This document shows positions 10,549 through 22,543 of a stretch of 32,116 bases of DNA, piece by piece. The stretch covers positions 50,823,987 through 50,856,102 of the forward strand of contig NC_068999.1 of the NCBI RefSeq assembly GCF_001194135.2, in the 5' to 3' direction. Origin of the DNA: Octopus bimaculoides. Its lineage: Eukaryota. How positions within the stretch are numbered: position 1 is the stretch's first letter; the number at the start of each line of letters is the position of its first letter. A model generated the notes under the pieces. The model was given only the letters and a program-made list of their open reading frames with translations. It was not told the DNA's origin and made no database searches. The translations under genes and the position numbers were made by a program.

Positions 10549-10859
10549 NNNNNNNNNNNNNNNNNNNNNNNNNNNNNNNNNNNNNNNNNNNNNNNNNNNN
10601 NNNNNNNNNNNNNNNNNNNNNNNNNNNNNNNNNNNNNNNNNNNNNNNNNNNNNNNNNNNNNNNNNNNNNNNNNNNNNNNNNNNNNNNNNNNNNNNNNNNN
10701 NNNNNNNNNNNNNNNNNNNNNNNNNNNNNNNNNNNNNNNNNNNNNNNNNNNNNNNNNNNNNNNNNNNNNNNNNNNNNNNNNNNNNNNNNNNNNNNNNNNN
10801 NNNNNNNNNNNNNNNNNNNNNNNNNNNNNNNNNNNNNNNNNNNNNNNNNNNNNNNNNNN

Positions 10860-10891
<32 letters not shown>

Positions 10892-10958
10892 TGAGAGAGA
10901 GAGAGAGAGTGAGAGAGATAGAGAGAGAAAGGGAGAAATATGTAAATCAGTGTGTCTA

Positions 10959-11002
<44 letters not shown>
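10507..11002. repeat. (AT)n - gap 10549-10859 - (AG)n - (TG)n microsatellite cluster
   Basis: Direct reading. Confidence 0.9.
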
Positions 11003-11004
<2 letters not shown>

Positions 11005-11256
11005 TGGTGCGCGTTAGTAAACCTGGATAAATTGTTGAAAAGTAGCTCAAAGCTGAACAAGATAAGCGGCCCATCAACAAAACCATGCAATAAACAAATT
11101 ACATATCTGTTTTCTCTTCTTCCTTTTTTTAATTTTTATATTAACTTGTCTTTCTTTCTTAGAAGTTCTATTTATCACTGCTGTTTTATTAAACGTATCA
11201 GTTGAACGGTGACATGACCGTAATGGGAATAATGTTAATATTCTCTTTCTCTCTTT

Positions 11257-11418
11257 CTCTTTTACTTGTTTCAGTCATTTGACTGCGGCCATGCTGGAAC
11301 ACTGCCTTTAGTCGAGCAAATCGACTGCAGGACTTATTCTTTGGAAGCCTACTACTTATTTTATCGGTTCTTTTGCCGAACCGCTAAGTAACGGGGGACG
11401 TAAACACACCAGCATCGG
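11257..11418 (-). mobile_element. SINE family B tail portion, young-looking; followed by (CA)n/(CATA)n and gap 11576-11770
   Basis: ttgtttcagtcatttgactgcggccatgctgg…gccgaaccgctaagtaacgggggacgtaaacacaccagcatcgg; reverse complement of 20245-20386. Confidence 0.9.
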
Positions 11419-13140
11419 GAGTATGTCATTTCTACACACACACTAACAAGCACACAAACGTACGCACACGCACACACACACACACACACACACAAACACA
11501 AACACACACACACACACACACATATATATACATATGCGTGTATACATACATACATACATACATACATACATACATNNNNNNNNNNNNNNNNNNNNNNNNN
11601 NNNNNNNNNNNNNNNNNNNNNNNNNNNNNNNNNNNNNNNNNNNNNNNNNNNNNNNNNNNNNNNNNNNNNNNNNNNNNNNNNNNNNNNNNNNNNNNNNNNN
11701 NNNNNNNNNNNNNNNNNNNNNNNNNNNNNNNNNNNNNNNNNNNNNNNNNNNNNNNNNNNNNNNNNNNNNNNATATATATATATATATAATTGCATTCCAT
11801 ACGTTGATCAAGACGGAATATACAGCAATGTTCCTTAACAGCTTTACTTCTTTCAGTATATTCACCGCAGCTGTTTAACGTTGTATAATTTGACCAACCT
11901 CATTGCTCATTACTGATGCGTATCCTATCAACGTTTCATTTAAACGAAAATAGACGGTTCGTGTTTCGATGGATTTGAACAGGAAATCGCTAATGCGCAC
12001 ATAGTCATATCATAATGCATCAAGTTTTGTGCTTTATTGCATCACCTAACTTCACCGCTCATCGACATGCCATCGTAAAAATTATTTACAGTGTTAGATA
12101 AGAAGGTTTCTTTAACATACGCTTTTCTTTATAATTGATAACGTTACCGACCTGACAGGAAGATAAAACAAAGTCTTTTGAAAGATCTATCTGTTGCCGG
12201 AGAAATGATAAAATAATATGAACATTTTACAAACGGAAGTTAAATGGGTGAAAGATATCTTTATGAGTCACACGCACATATAATTCTGTTTCTAACATTT
12301 TGGGTAAACAGAGTTGGCCGACTGGAAGATAAATTTTTCTTTGAATAGCATTCCAATCTGGACAAAATGCTGTCCACAACACCGGTATCTCTTATATAAA
12401 AGATGAATGATGAATAAAATATAGATAGAATGTCCTGTCCTATCTCATGAAAAAGATAACTTCTACATGGTGGCTTGATATGCTGGAATATTAGTTAAAT
12501 TACCCTCAAGTTGTACACGATGGCCTTAAAAATATGAAGGATATTTTAAAGTGCAATTATTTTTACGTATACCCATCCACGCATAATACTGATTACATTT
12601 AGCCGTTTGGTGAGAGCATTGTCATAGCTCGAATGACTTTCATCACAGCCTGCGCAATCGAAGTTGAACCGGATTAAAACGGGACAGTAGTAAAAACAAG
12701 AAACCCACCATAACAAAATCTTCATCCGAGTGAATTTCATTCACAATAATTGCATGCCAATATTTTACGCACTCATAGATAAACTAACCACGGTTCAATT
12801 TCAACCAATCACAAGAAGTTATAAAGATACAAATGTTAGAGAAAATTTAAAATGTGGGATCCCTAGAGACTGACTGTTTTTATGCAGAGGTGTCTCCGGT
12901 CATTGGTTTGCCCTGAGTTTAATTCAATAACATGATGCTAAGTTGAATGGAAGGTCGAGCAGTTAGTATTATATCCAATCGTACATCAATAGCGACATAA
13001 AAGAAATGAATTCTATGGTATTATATAATATTATAATGAATTAGATTATTAAAATAATCGCAGAATAGAAAATATGTACTTATTTCAAATTACTTAAGCA
13101 ATAGATGTCATCAGCAAAAATCATTAATCTCACACAACAG

Positions 13141-13268
13141 GTGGCAAATCAATAAATTCCTTAGAGTGCCGGATAAACAGTATGGCAGAATTCGTTTCGC
13201 TCTATGGTCTCTAAGTTTAAGTCCCAACATGTTAAAATTTACGTTTCATCTTACGTAAGGTCCATAAA
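13141..13268 (+). mobile_element. Old, highly diverged SINE family A 5' half
   Basis: ttagagtgccggataaa…ttcgtttcgctct…aagtttaagtccc…tttcatcttacgtaaggtccataaa is colinear with the family-A head and central block. Confidence 0.55.
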
Positions 13269-13329
13269 TGAATCATCATTTCACTCGTGGATATATATAC
13301 TTCCTCCTCTCTGGAACGAGGCAGAAGCC

Positions 13330-13868
13330 GGGGTTGATTATCTCCATCAACAGGAATGAAGACATGGATAAGGAGCTGGACTGCTTGTTAGGCGAAACAT
13401 CAGCTGCATTCAACCAATTTGAAAAGATCTGGAAGAGCGAAGAGTTATCTATAAAGACAATGATGAGATTCTACATCAGCAATATACTGTTGTCTCTAGT
13501 TTATGGGTGCAAAACGTGACAGATACAAAAACTTCTTAGCATGAAATGGAATGAATTCGTCACTAACGTAAGAGTGCGACAACGAGCCAACCAACACCCT
13601 TTGTCTATCTTTATGTGTAAATGCTGTCTGAGCTGGTTGGGTCACGCAATACGAACCCCGCACGAGAGACTTGCCAACCAAGTCCGTCAGCGATAAACCC
13701 AGGGAAAGAGACGGAGAGGACGATCCAAGATGAACTGAAACTAAACGATCAACAAGGACATGCAGTTGATTGGGGAGAACACGGATTAAGTCATTGACGT
13801 AAGCGAGAAACCGCGATCACTGTCACACTTTGACTATCACATGCGTCTCAAGACATAAGACTAAGTCT
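13330..13868 (+). mobile_element. RTE-clade LINE, 5'-truncated 3' end of ORF2 (pseudogenised)
   Basis: Translates as DMDKELDCLLGETSAAFNQFEKIWKSEELSIKTMMRFYISNILLSLVYGCKT*, then after a deletion/frameshift MKWNEFVTNVRVRQRANQHPLS…SWLGHAIR…GKRRRGRSK; these match post-RT motifs of RTE ORF2 (KA.AAF..L.K.W, L.YG.ETW, W.GH..R, GKR.RGRP). Ends in gacataagactaagt. Confidence 0.9.
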
Positions 13869-14605
13869 CTCTAGGTTGCACTCTATAATTGAAAGGCTCA
13901 GTCTTTTCATAAAGTGACTCGTTGATTTGACCTAGGCGTTATTTCAGCGGTTTATATATGTGTAATATGTAGCTACTTAAACGTTAATATCATAGACGGA
14001 GATTCACTATGTCGAAATTGTAGAATCTGCCATCAACCATATTATCACAGTCTCACACCCATAACGGTAGATTTAGAGTTAAACCATTGAGTCTTTCATT
14101 TTGTTAATCCACCTGATTAAGCGAAGAAATTTATGTCAAAACTCAAACCTGTCGTCAGCATATTTTCATCGTGTTTTCCCGTAAAGCAGGTAAATATATC
14201 ATGTTATTTTATTTAAGATCAATGAATATTGGCGTGTAATATTTCATCATGGTTGTATATCAACATTCGTGCATAACAAATACATCATATTCATATATAT
14301 ATATTCTCTAGATATATTCATTATAAATGGTAAGTTGGGCTGCACGGACATTTTCTGATTGACACAAAATTCCTGGCAACACTGAAACATGTAAAAATTT
14401 GTAAACCTAACATAATTATGAGAAATATGATGCAAATGCACTCAAAGTTATCTTCAAGTTCTCACATGGAATAGACAGCATAAAATAAGACGTTTCATAT
14501 TAAAAAATATTAAAAAAATAAAATATCAGTAAGAAACCTCGAAACTAAAGGAATATGAATATTGCTTGACAACGAGAGTGAAACAAGATTCTTTTCACAT
14601 CTGTT

Positions 14606-14606
14606 T

Positions 14607-14692
<86 letters not shown>

Positions 14693-14857
14693 CATCATCA
14701 TTGTCTTTGAACAGCTTCTAACGCTAAAGATAAGATGTACTATGGTGTCAGCTGTTCGCTACCGGTTAACTAAGGTAACATCCCTTATTTTTCGAGCACC
14801 ATCCGGAGTATTCGAGCGGTTTCAAGCAGTGCTGGTAGCTGCAAGTGCCCCACCCTC
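14606..14857 (-). mobile_element. RLE-type (R4/Dong-like) LINE extreme 3' end with (AAT)/(GAT)n tail
   Basis: Minus strand 14785-14847 reads HLQLPALLETARILRMVLEK*, similar to QKIALLGTAHILRKTLS at 30770; then a 3' UTR and an expanded tail (14606-14704). Confidence 0.75.
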
Positions 14858-14870
14858 ATTATTATTATTA

Positions 14871-14937
14871 CTGGGGTCGATATAATCGACTGGACCCATC
14901 CCCTAAAATTTCAGGCCTTGTTCCTATAGTTGAAAGG

Positions 14938-15003
<66 letters not shown>

Positions 15004-15025
15004 GTTGTTGTTGTTGTTGTTGTTA
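14871..15025 (+). mobile_element. SINE family A 3' fragment with expanded (ATT)n(GTT)n tail
   Basis: ctggggtcgatataatcgactgg…aaatttcaggccttgttcctatagttgaaaggattatt…. Confidence 0.85.
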
Positions 15026-15664
15026 CTGATACTGTTTGTGTTGGCGTCGTCGCCGACGTTGATTTTATCTATATCTATCCTAATTTCAGTCACGATTTTA
15101 AGAAGGGTATAAATGATTTCTGTCTTGCATATCTGGAATATTTTTCAAGTTGCGCNNNNNNNNNNNNNNNNNNNNNNNNNNNNNNNNNNNNNNNNNNNNN
15201 NNNNNNNNNNNNNNNNNNNNNNNNNNNNNNNNNNNNNNNNNNNNNNNNNNNNNNNNNNNNNNNNNNNNNNNNNNNNNNNNNNNNNNNNNNNNNNNNNNNN
15301 NNNNNNNNNNNNNNNNNNNNNNNNNNNNNNNNNNNNNNNNNNNNNNNNNNNNNNNNNNNNNNNNNNNNNNNNNNNNNNNNNNNNNNNNNNNNNNNNNNNN
15401 NNNNNNNNNNNNNNNNNNNNNNNNNNNNNNNNNNNNNNNNNNNNNNNNNNNNNNNNNNNNNNNNNNNNNNNNNNNNNNNNNNNNNNNNNNNNNNNNNNNN
15501 NNNNNNNNNNNNNNNNNNNNNNNNNNNNNNNNNNNNNNNNNNNNNNNNNNNNNNNNNNNNNNNNNNNNNNNNNNNNNNNNNNNNNNNNNNNNNNNNNNNN
15601 NNNNNNNNNNNNNNNNNNNNNNNNNNNNNNNNNNNNNNNNNNNNNNNNNNNNNNNNNNNNNNNN

Positions 15665-15699
<35 letters not shown>

Positions 15700-15729
15700 T
15701 AATACGTATATGTTTATAATTTTTGTGTA

Positions 15730-15920
15730 CTGGCAGAATCGTTAGCACACCGGGCGAAATGCTTAACGGTATTTCGTCTGCTGCAACGTTCTGAGTCCAA
15801 ATTCCGCCTTTCATACTTTCGGTGTCGATAAATAAATACCAGTGAAACACTGGGGTCGATGAAATCGACTATCCTCCTCCCTCAAATTTTAGGCTTTGTG
15901 CCTATAGTAATAAAAATTAT
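15730..15920 (+). mobile_element. SINE family A, near full length, 15-nt internal deletion
   Basis: ctggcagaatcgttagcacaccgggcg…aaattccgcc|tttcat…; compare intact aaattccgccaaggtcgactttgcctttcat at 29768-29798. Confidence 0.9.
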
Positions 15921-15956
15921 TCTTAAACAAGAATATTATTGACAGTGACTTCGAAG
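15917..15956 (-). mobile_element. 3' half of the hammerhead-like repeat (copy 3), palindrome intact
   Basis: Minus strand reads cttcgaagtcactgtcaataatattcttgtttaagaataa. Confidence 0.75.
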
Positions 15957-16273
15957 ACAATTTTACGTTGTGCTTGTTTATTAGATCATTTTGATTGTCG
16001 TCGATGTAAATGCATCTACACAGTATTTTGAAAAATAATTTAGCTATTGGCATGGATATTTGTATGTTACCGGTGGTATTAGACCAAATGATTTCCCTTT
16101 TTCTATTCTTACGTATTTTAATTATTGTGGGTTTAATAATCTCCAGCTTCCAAACAGCAACAGGAAATAGCCTAAATTACAACAATAAGTAAAGAAACTG
16201 ACTTTGTAAAACATGCCACCTACTTATATTGCCTTACCGAATAACTGAGGTTTTTAATACTGGACTACATTTT

Positions 16274-16306
16274 TCGGGCCTTGTGCCTTAGAGTAGAAAC
16301 GATTAT
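16274..16306 (+). mobile_element. 33-nt SINE family A tail stub with perfect 13-bp TSD
   Basis: tcgggccttgtgccttagagtagaaacgattat flanked by tggactacatttt at 16261-16273 and 16307-16319. Confidence 0.85.
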
Positions 16307-16374
16307 TGGACTACATTTTGGAACTTTACACACCAATCCATCACAACTCACACGCACAAAGCTTTTTACAACAC

Positions 16375-16524
16375 CAATAAAAATTTACATAACCACAGAA
16401 TTTTTTCACACAACAGAGATTATATAAAGTCAGGATTAGCTTCGACGCATTGCAGTCCGATGATGGATTAGTTGGCCGAAACTTCAAAGTCACTCTCAAT
16501 AATATTCTTCTTTAAGAATAATAA
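16375..16524 (+). mobile_element. Dispersed repeat carrying a minimal type I hammerhead-ribozyme-like motif (copy 4)
   Basis: attgcagt-CCGATGA-t-ggattagttggcc-GAAAC-ttcaaa-GTC-actctcaat at 16449-16500; upstream aacagagattatataaagtc matches aacagcgactatacaaagcc of copy 1. Confidence 0.7.
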
Positions 16525-16531
16525 TATATAA

Positions 16532-16569
<38 letters not shown>

Positions 16570-16855
16570 GTGTGTGTGCGCGCGCGTGTGTATACAAATT
16601 TATGGTTGAGTGTGTGTCTATAATTTTGTGTATGCGCATTAATGTGTGCCCGGATAAAAATATATCACTGTATATAAGCGTGCCTATGCATATTTATATG
16701 TGGAAGGTTGCGACGGCATGGACGTTCCATTATCCAAGCAAATATGTTTTGCTTCATAGAAGGAGGAAAAGTTAAATGGCTTATATTGGCGTTGATCGAA
16801 ATTATGTATCAAAACAGGATCCGTCATTCTAATCAGTCATATATTTATGTAGATA

Positions 16856-16908
<53 letters not shown>
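16532..16908. repeat. (TG)n and (CA)n microsatellites preceding gap 16909-17766
   Basis: Direct reading. Confidence 0.85.
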
Positions 16909-18215
16909 NNNNNNNNNNNNNNNNNNNNNNNNNNNNNNNNNNNNNNNNNNNNNNNNNNNNNNNNNNNNNNNNNNNNNNNNNNNNNNNNNNNNNNNNNNNN
17001 NNNNNNNNNNNNNNNNNNNNNNNNNNNNNNNNNNNNNNNNNNNNNNNNNNNNNNNNNNNNNNNNNNNNNNNNNNNNNNNNNNNNNNNNNNNNNNNNNNNN
17101 NNNNNNNNNNNNNNNNNNNNNNNNNNNNNNNNNNNNNNNNNNNNNNNNNNNNNNNNNNNNNNNNNNNNNNNNNNNNNNNNNNNNNNNNNNNNNNNNNNNN
17201 NNNNNNNNNNNNNNNNNNNNNNNNNNNNNNNNNNNNNNNNNNNNNNNNNNNNNNNNNNNNNNNNNNNNNNNNNNNNNNNNNNNNNNNNNNNNNNNNNNNN
17301 NNNNNNNNNNNNNNNNNNNNNNNNNNNNNNNNNNNNNNNNNNNNNNNNNNNNNNNNNNNNNNNNNNNNNNNNNNNNNNNNNNNNNNNNNNNNNNNNNNNN
17401 NNNNNNNNNNNNNNNNNNNNNNNNNNNNNNNNNNNNNNNNNNNNNNNNNNNNNNNNNNNNNNNNNNNNNNNNNNNNNNNNNNNNNNNNNNNNNNNNNNNN
17501 NNNNNNNNNNNNNNNNNNNNNNNNNNNNNNNNNNNNNNNNNNNNNNNNNNNNNNNNNNNNNNNNNNNNNNNNNNNNNNNNNNNNNNNNNNNNNNNNNNNN
17601 NNNNNNNNNNNNNNNNNNNNNNNNNNNNNNNNNNNNNNNNNNNNNNNNNNNNNNNNNNNNNNNNNNNNNNNNNNNNNNNNNNNNNNNNNNNNNNNNNNNN
17701 NNNNNNNNNNNNNNNNNNNNNNNNNNNNNNNNNNNNNNNNNNNNNNNNNNNNNNNNNNNNNNNNNNATAAATAGACAGATAGATAGACAGATATATATAT
17801 ACAGGTATATAGATGTGTATAGATAAATTGATTGGTGGATAAATAAATATATAGACAGATAGATTGATAGATAAATATTATTTTAGGTAAGCAGCATTAA
17901 GATAATAAAGAAAATTTATATTGCAAGTGACATGTTAGTTAGAGAACTTGATCATGTACATGAAACTGATAATAGGATTCTGTTATGCACACGCATGTTT
18001 GGAGGAGAAATAGAATAATGTTTTATCGCAACGGACACAGAGTTGGCACTGTCATGTATGCTGCATTTGTTAATACCATTATCTTCATTATAATATGCCA
18101 TCAACTAACAGTTTCTTGACAAGAAAATTCTTGCATTGCAAATAAACTTCTTGCTAGAATGGACACCGACAAAACAATGTATGTCTTTGATTACAGCGCA
18201 TCGTTTCTTATCTTG

Positions 18216-18265
18216 AGAGACAGAAAATGAAGGGGATATCAAAGAGACAGAAAATGAAGGGGATA
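18216..18265 (+). repeat. Tandem duplication, period 27
   Basis: agagacagaaaatgaaggggata at 18216-18238 and 18243-18265. Confidence 0.9.
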
Positions 18266-18296
18266 GACAGATAAATAGATATACAATGAAAGAAGG

Positions 18297-18311
18297 CGAG
18301 AGAGAACGAGC

Positions 18312-18350
<39 letters not shown>

Positions 18351-18537
18351 TTAATTTATTGAATTGGAGAAGAAAAACGACAGCGTTGACCGAAATGTAA
18401 ACGCAGTGTGTAACTTTTCTGCTAATCAGAAATTCTAAGGTACATACTTTCAATGTAAACTAGATTTGATATGGTGGGGAGAAAAATATAAATATTAATT
18501 ACAACTTCTCCAATTCAATAAATTAACTCTCTCTCTC

Positions 18538-18572
<35 letters not shown>
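18297..18572. repeat. Inverted repeat: (AG)n + 22 unique nt, 132-nt spacer, exact reverse complement + (CT)n
   Basis: ttaatttattgaattggagaag at 18351-18372 versus cttctccaattcaataaattaa at 18505-18526. Confidence 0.9.
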
Positions 18573-18610
<38 letters not shown>

Positions 18611-18802
18611 CATGAACATAACATAAACAACGACACAGAGTGTTATTCGAATATGGAAGTTAGGCTACAGCTCTCAAACCTATGTGGCCATTAAGCCAGG
18701 TATTTTCCTGACGTTATCTTGAAGAGTATAAATGATTGAGAGCTTAGGATTTCTCCAAGCAGAGATGTCAATCTATCTCAAAACTATCACACATATTCCA
18801 CT

Positions 18803-18890
18803 TAAGACACAACACGATGTCCGTTCCGAGAATCGAACTCCTATCCTTACAATCGTGAGTGCAACAGCTTTAATTCAAAGCTGCTATACT
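18803..18890 (-). mobile_element. Old tRNA-derived SINE head (family D-like)
   Basis: Minus strand: …gcactcacgattgtaaggataggagttcgattctcggaacggacatcgtgttgtgtctt; B box GAGTTCGATTC. Confidence 0.6.
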
Positions 18891-20244
18891 TCATGACATT
18901 GGATTACTTCACTTTATGAATATCTTCAGGTATATTAACGTCTGTATTCAACCTAGTAATTTAGCAGTCCGCTATTGTAAACCACCAATAGATAGCGAAA
19001 AATATTTTCAATAGATATTCCTTTCTTTCTTTTTTTTGATGCAAAACTAAATATGTTTTAAGCATATTAATATGTTATATGCATTAAATATGCTCTGACT
19101 CACTGAAACCTCTAATAAATATGTTGTATGGAGTTCCATTTAATTCAATAGAATTTTTTTTTCACTTGTCATGTTAAATGCTGTGTAGTTTCGTTCTATG
19201 TAAAAAGTATCTGAATGATATGACAATGCATGTTGAAGTATCAATTGATTGATCAGTTAATTCATTCTTCTATATTTTGCTTCTACCATAGGAATCAAAA
19301 TTGATTTCTTTCTTTACACACAATATTTCAAATTTGAAGAGTACAGAATTAGGAATATGTGACATTCATTATTTTCTGAAGAGTTTTTATGCTATATGTT
19401 ACCTGATCTGATTTCACCTTGTATAGGAAACTACAATTTAAGAGCAAGTGTACCGGATTCAGTAGAAAGTGATTAATAGGTATTGGCGATTTTATTGTTA
19501 GAATCAAATTTCTATTTTACGGAAATCAAAGTTCAGCGTACATAGTAAACTGCTAGCAATTTGTTGCACCGAAACACTTAAATGATGCTTAGAACTATTT
19601 CACATATTCCGCCCAACAACAATCGCTCGGTCACCTTGGAATCAGTTAGGATTATCATCTGTTGATTGTTAGATCTGACAAAGAAATACCGAGCACTACT
19701 TTGTGTGATGTTAAACATTATCGTTCTGGTCCATATTTTCTCCAACACACCGACACGAAACGAAAAACTGACATTTATTAACCGGATTCACTTTCAGTCA
19801 GCTGCTACAAAATTGATAAAGCACAGCGATTCCATTAGTCTTGTTCTTTATTCTCAGCGAAATTTGTCAACTTATTCCTTTCCTTTTCGTGTTTAATATT
19901 TTCAAAACAACAGCTTATATTGCATATATGGATATTGATGTTCTGGTATATTTTAGACATCTCTTCCATTTTATAACAGGTAGATCAACCTATTCTTGCA
20001 CGCTGGTGTCATTGCTTCTGCTTATTTATGACGTAAGGTCAGTAGCATCACTAAAACTGAAGCTGCATCCAGTTATATCCTGATTAGCTCGGAAGATAAC
20101 GTCTTGTATTGTTATATTCGTGAGTCCAACGAGTAAACGTTAATACATTTATTCTACTTAAAAAATATCCTACGAAAATGTTTTTAAACGTAAAATTCTA
20201 TCAGCTTAGAAACTTTACACTCTTACAATTTTTAACAGGTCTGC

Positions 20245-20386
20245 AACTTAGCGGTTCGGCAAAAAGGGACTGATAGAATAAGTACTAGGCTTACAAAGAA
20301 TATGTCCTGGGGTCGATTTTCTCAACTAAAGGCGGTTCTCCAGCATGGCCGCAGTCAAATGACTGAAACAAGTAAAAGAGTAAAAA
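20245..20386 (+). mobile_element. SINE family B, 5'-truncated tail
   Basis: aacttagcggttcggc…ccagcatggccgcagtcaaatgactgaaacaagtaaaagagtaaaa. Confidence 0.9.
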
Positions 20387-21644
20387 ATATATGCTTTTCT
20401 CCGAGCAAATAAAGAGTTTCGATGTGGTCAATTGATTTACTGAAAGTAACAACCAAATTCTCCTTGAATTAGGACCTACCGTTCTAAAAAAAAACATGAT
20501 CGAAGATTGGTTACTCTATTTCTGATAGACACAACTATTGTGATGGTCACGAATAGAACGTACTTGATGACACGTCTGCTCATTCAGAAAGAAAATAGAC
20601 TTTAAAAAAAGATGAAAGCGAAGCTTATACATTTCTTCGCGAAATTTGTTTTCAAGCAATAGAAAATTCTGTTAATTAATGTTGAAAAAAGGTCAGGATT
20701 AGAAAGAAGAAACATGAGGGGGGGGGGAGAAAAAACATACAAATAACAATGATGAGGAGTATTGAATGTTTGATAATGCAGCGGTGTAGATGTGTAATAG
20801 AAGTGAGTAAGAGTCTTGTGAAGCATTATCAATAGTATTGCCAGCTTTAGTCCATTATATTTGCCGTAAAACATGATGCCAGTGACAACATTTCAAGAAC
20901 ATCTTCCTGAAACACTCATGCAATGCATGTGTGTTAAAGAATCGTAATAAAATACGGATAAGATATGTGCCGAGGACATGAACTTACACAGTATGGTTTC
21001 CACTGAATCAAAGAATGGAAGAATTACACACATATTTTTTTTTAAAGATTTTTCTACCCGATATACACAATAGGAATATCATTTGGGGGGAATTTAACAT
21101 TGATTATTTTGCCAAAGCTTCAACAAAGCAACGAATACTTACATGCACGCATCAGTATAAGTTTTGATTGCATATTTATATCAATATATATATATATATA
21201 TATATATANNNNNNNNNNNNNNNNNNNNNNNNNNNNNNNNNNNNNNNNNNNNNNNNNNNNNNNNNNNNNNNNNNNNNNNNNNNNNNNNNNNNNNNNNNNN
21301 NNNNNNNNNNNNNNNNNNNNNNNNNNNNNNNNNNNNNNNNNNNNNNNNNNNNNNNNNNNNNNNNNNNNNNNNNNNNNNNNNNNNNNNNNNNNNNNNNNNN
21401 NNNNNNNNNNNNNNNNNNNNNNNNNNNNNNNNNNNNNNNNNNNNNNNNNNNNNNNNNNNNNNNNNNNNNNNNNNNNNNNNNNNNNNNNNNNNNNNNNNNN
21501 NNNNNNNNNNNNNNNNNNNNNNNNNNNNNNNNNNNNNNNNNNNNNNNNNNNNNNNNNNNNNNNNNNNNNNNNNNNNNNNNNNNNNNNNNNNNNNNNNNNN
21601 NNNNNNNNNNNNNNNNNNNNNNNNNNNNNNNNNNNNNNNNNNNN

Positions 21645-21675
<31 letters not shown>

Positions 21676-22504
21676 GAACGAGAGAGAGAATGATGTATAT
21701 GTATGCCATTCATCATGGCGTTTGTTTCAGATTTCATTCGTCGATGTATCAGATTAAGGTTTAACATAAAGGAAAAGAGTGGAGGGAAGAGTAAAAGAGC
21801 GGATATAATGGTATAGAGTTTATGCATATGACATTCATGGGATATCGGGAAGAAAAATGTAAATAAAGGGAAACAATAGTTGATATATAAATATAAATAC
21901 GGAATATATGCGTATGTATCTATCTATCTATCTTTCCACTTCTATACATATATGTTTTGCGCATATATTTTATTAACAAACCTAAATGTGTGCGTGTGTG
22001 TGTGTAGATATCACACACACACACATATATATATATACATATATGCCTGTTTATATATTATTTCATTTATATATGTATGTATATACATATCCATAGGTCC
22101 TCACACTCGCTAACGTACATACATATTTGAACTCATAATAAACTTATATGTTCATAGTTACACGCACACACACACACACATACACACATGTATGCCCACT
22201 CACACACATGCATATATATATATATAAGGCATACACAGAGACGTACGTACATACAAATGAAGAGGATGAGGTGAAGCGAATATTGATATAAAGATTTTTC
22301 GCTAAAGAGAAATGACAGCAAAAGAAGTCAAATAGAGAATGTAGATGTTAGGGGAGCACAAAGCTTGTAGAAAGGTGGTGGAGTGCGGTGCGGCGATAAA
22401 AATGTAATCAGCTGAGAAGATGAGAGGGAAAACTTGTAATGAATATGTTTTGCATACCATAGGCATCGTACATAATATAACGAGTAATAATGATGGTGAG
22501 GATG

Positions 22505-22507
22505 ATG

Positions 22508-22543
<36 letters not shown>

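Noticed and set aside
12310-12385. Frame LADWKINFSLNSIPIWTKCCPQH, reminiscent of a Cys-loop receptor loop C
   Set aside because: Lacks the flanking tyrosines, has weak splice sites, and no other receptor exons were found.
13141-13868. SINE head fused to an RTE 3' end as a chimeric retroelement
   Set aside because: About 60 nt of unrelated sequence separates them, no shared TSD was seen, and adjacency is likely at this repeat density.
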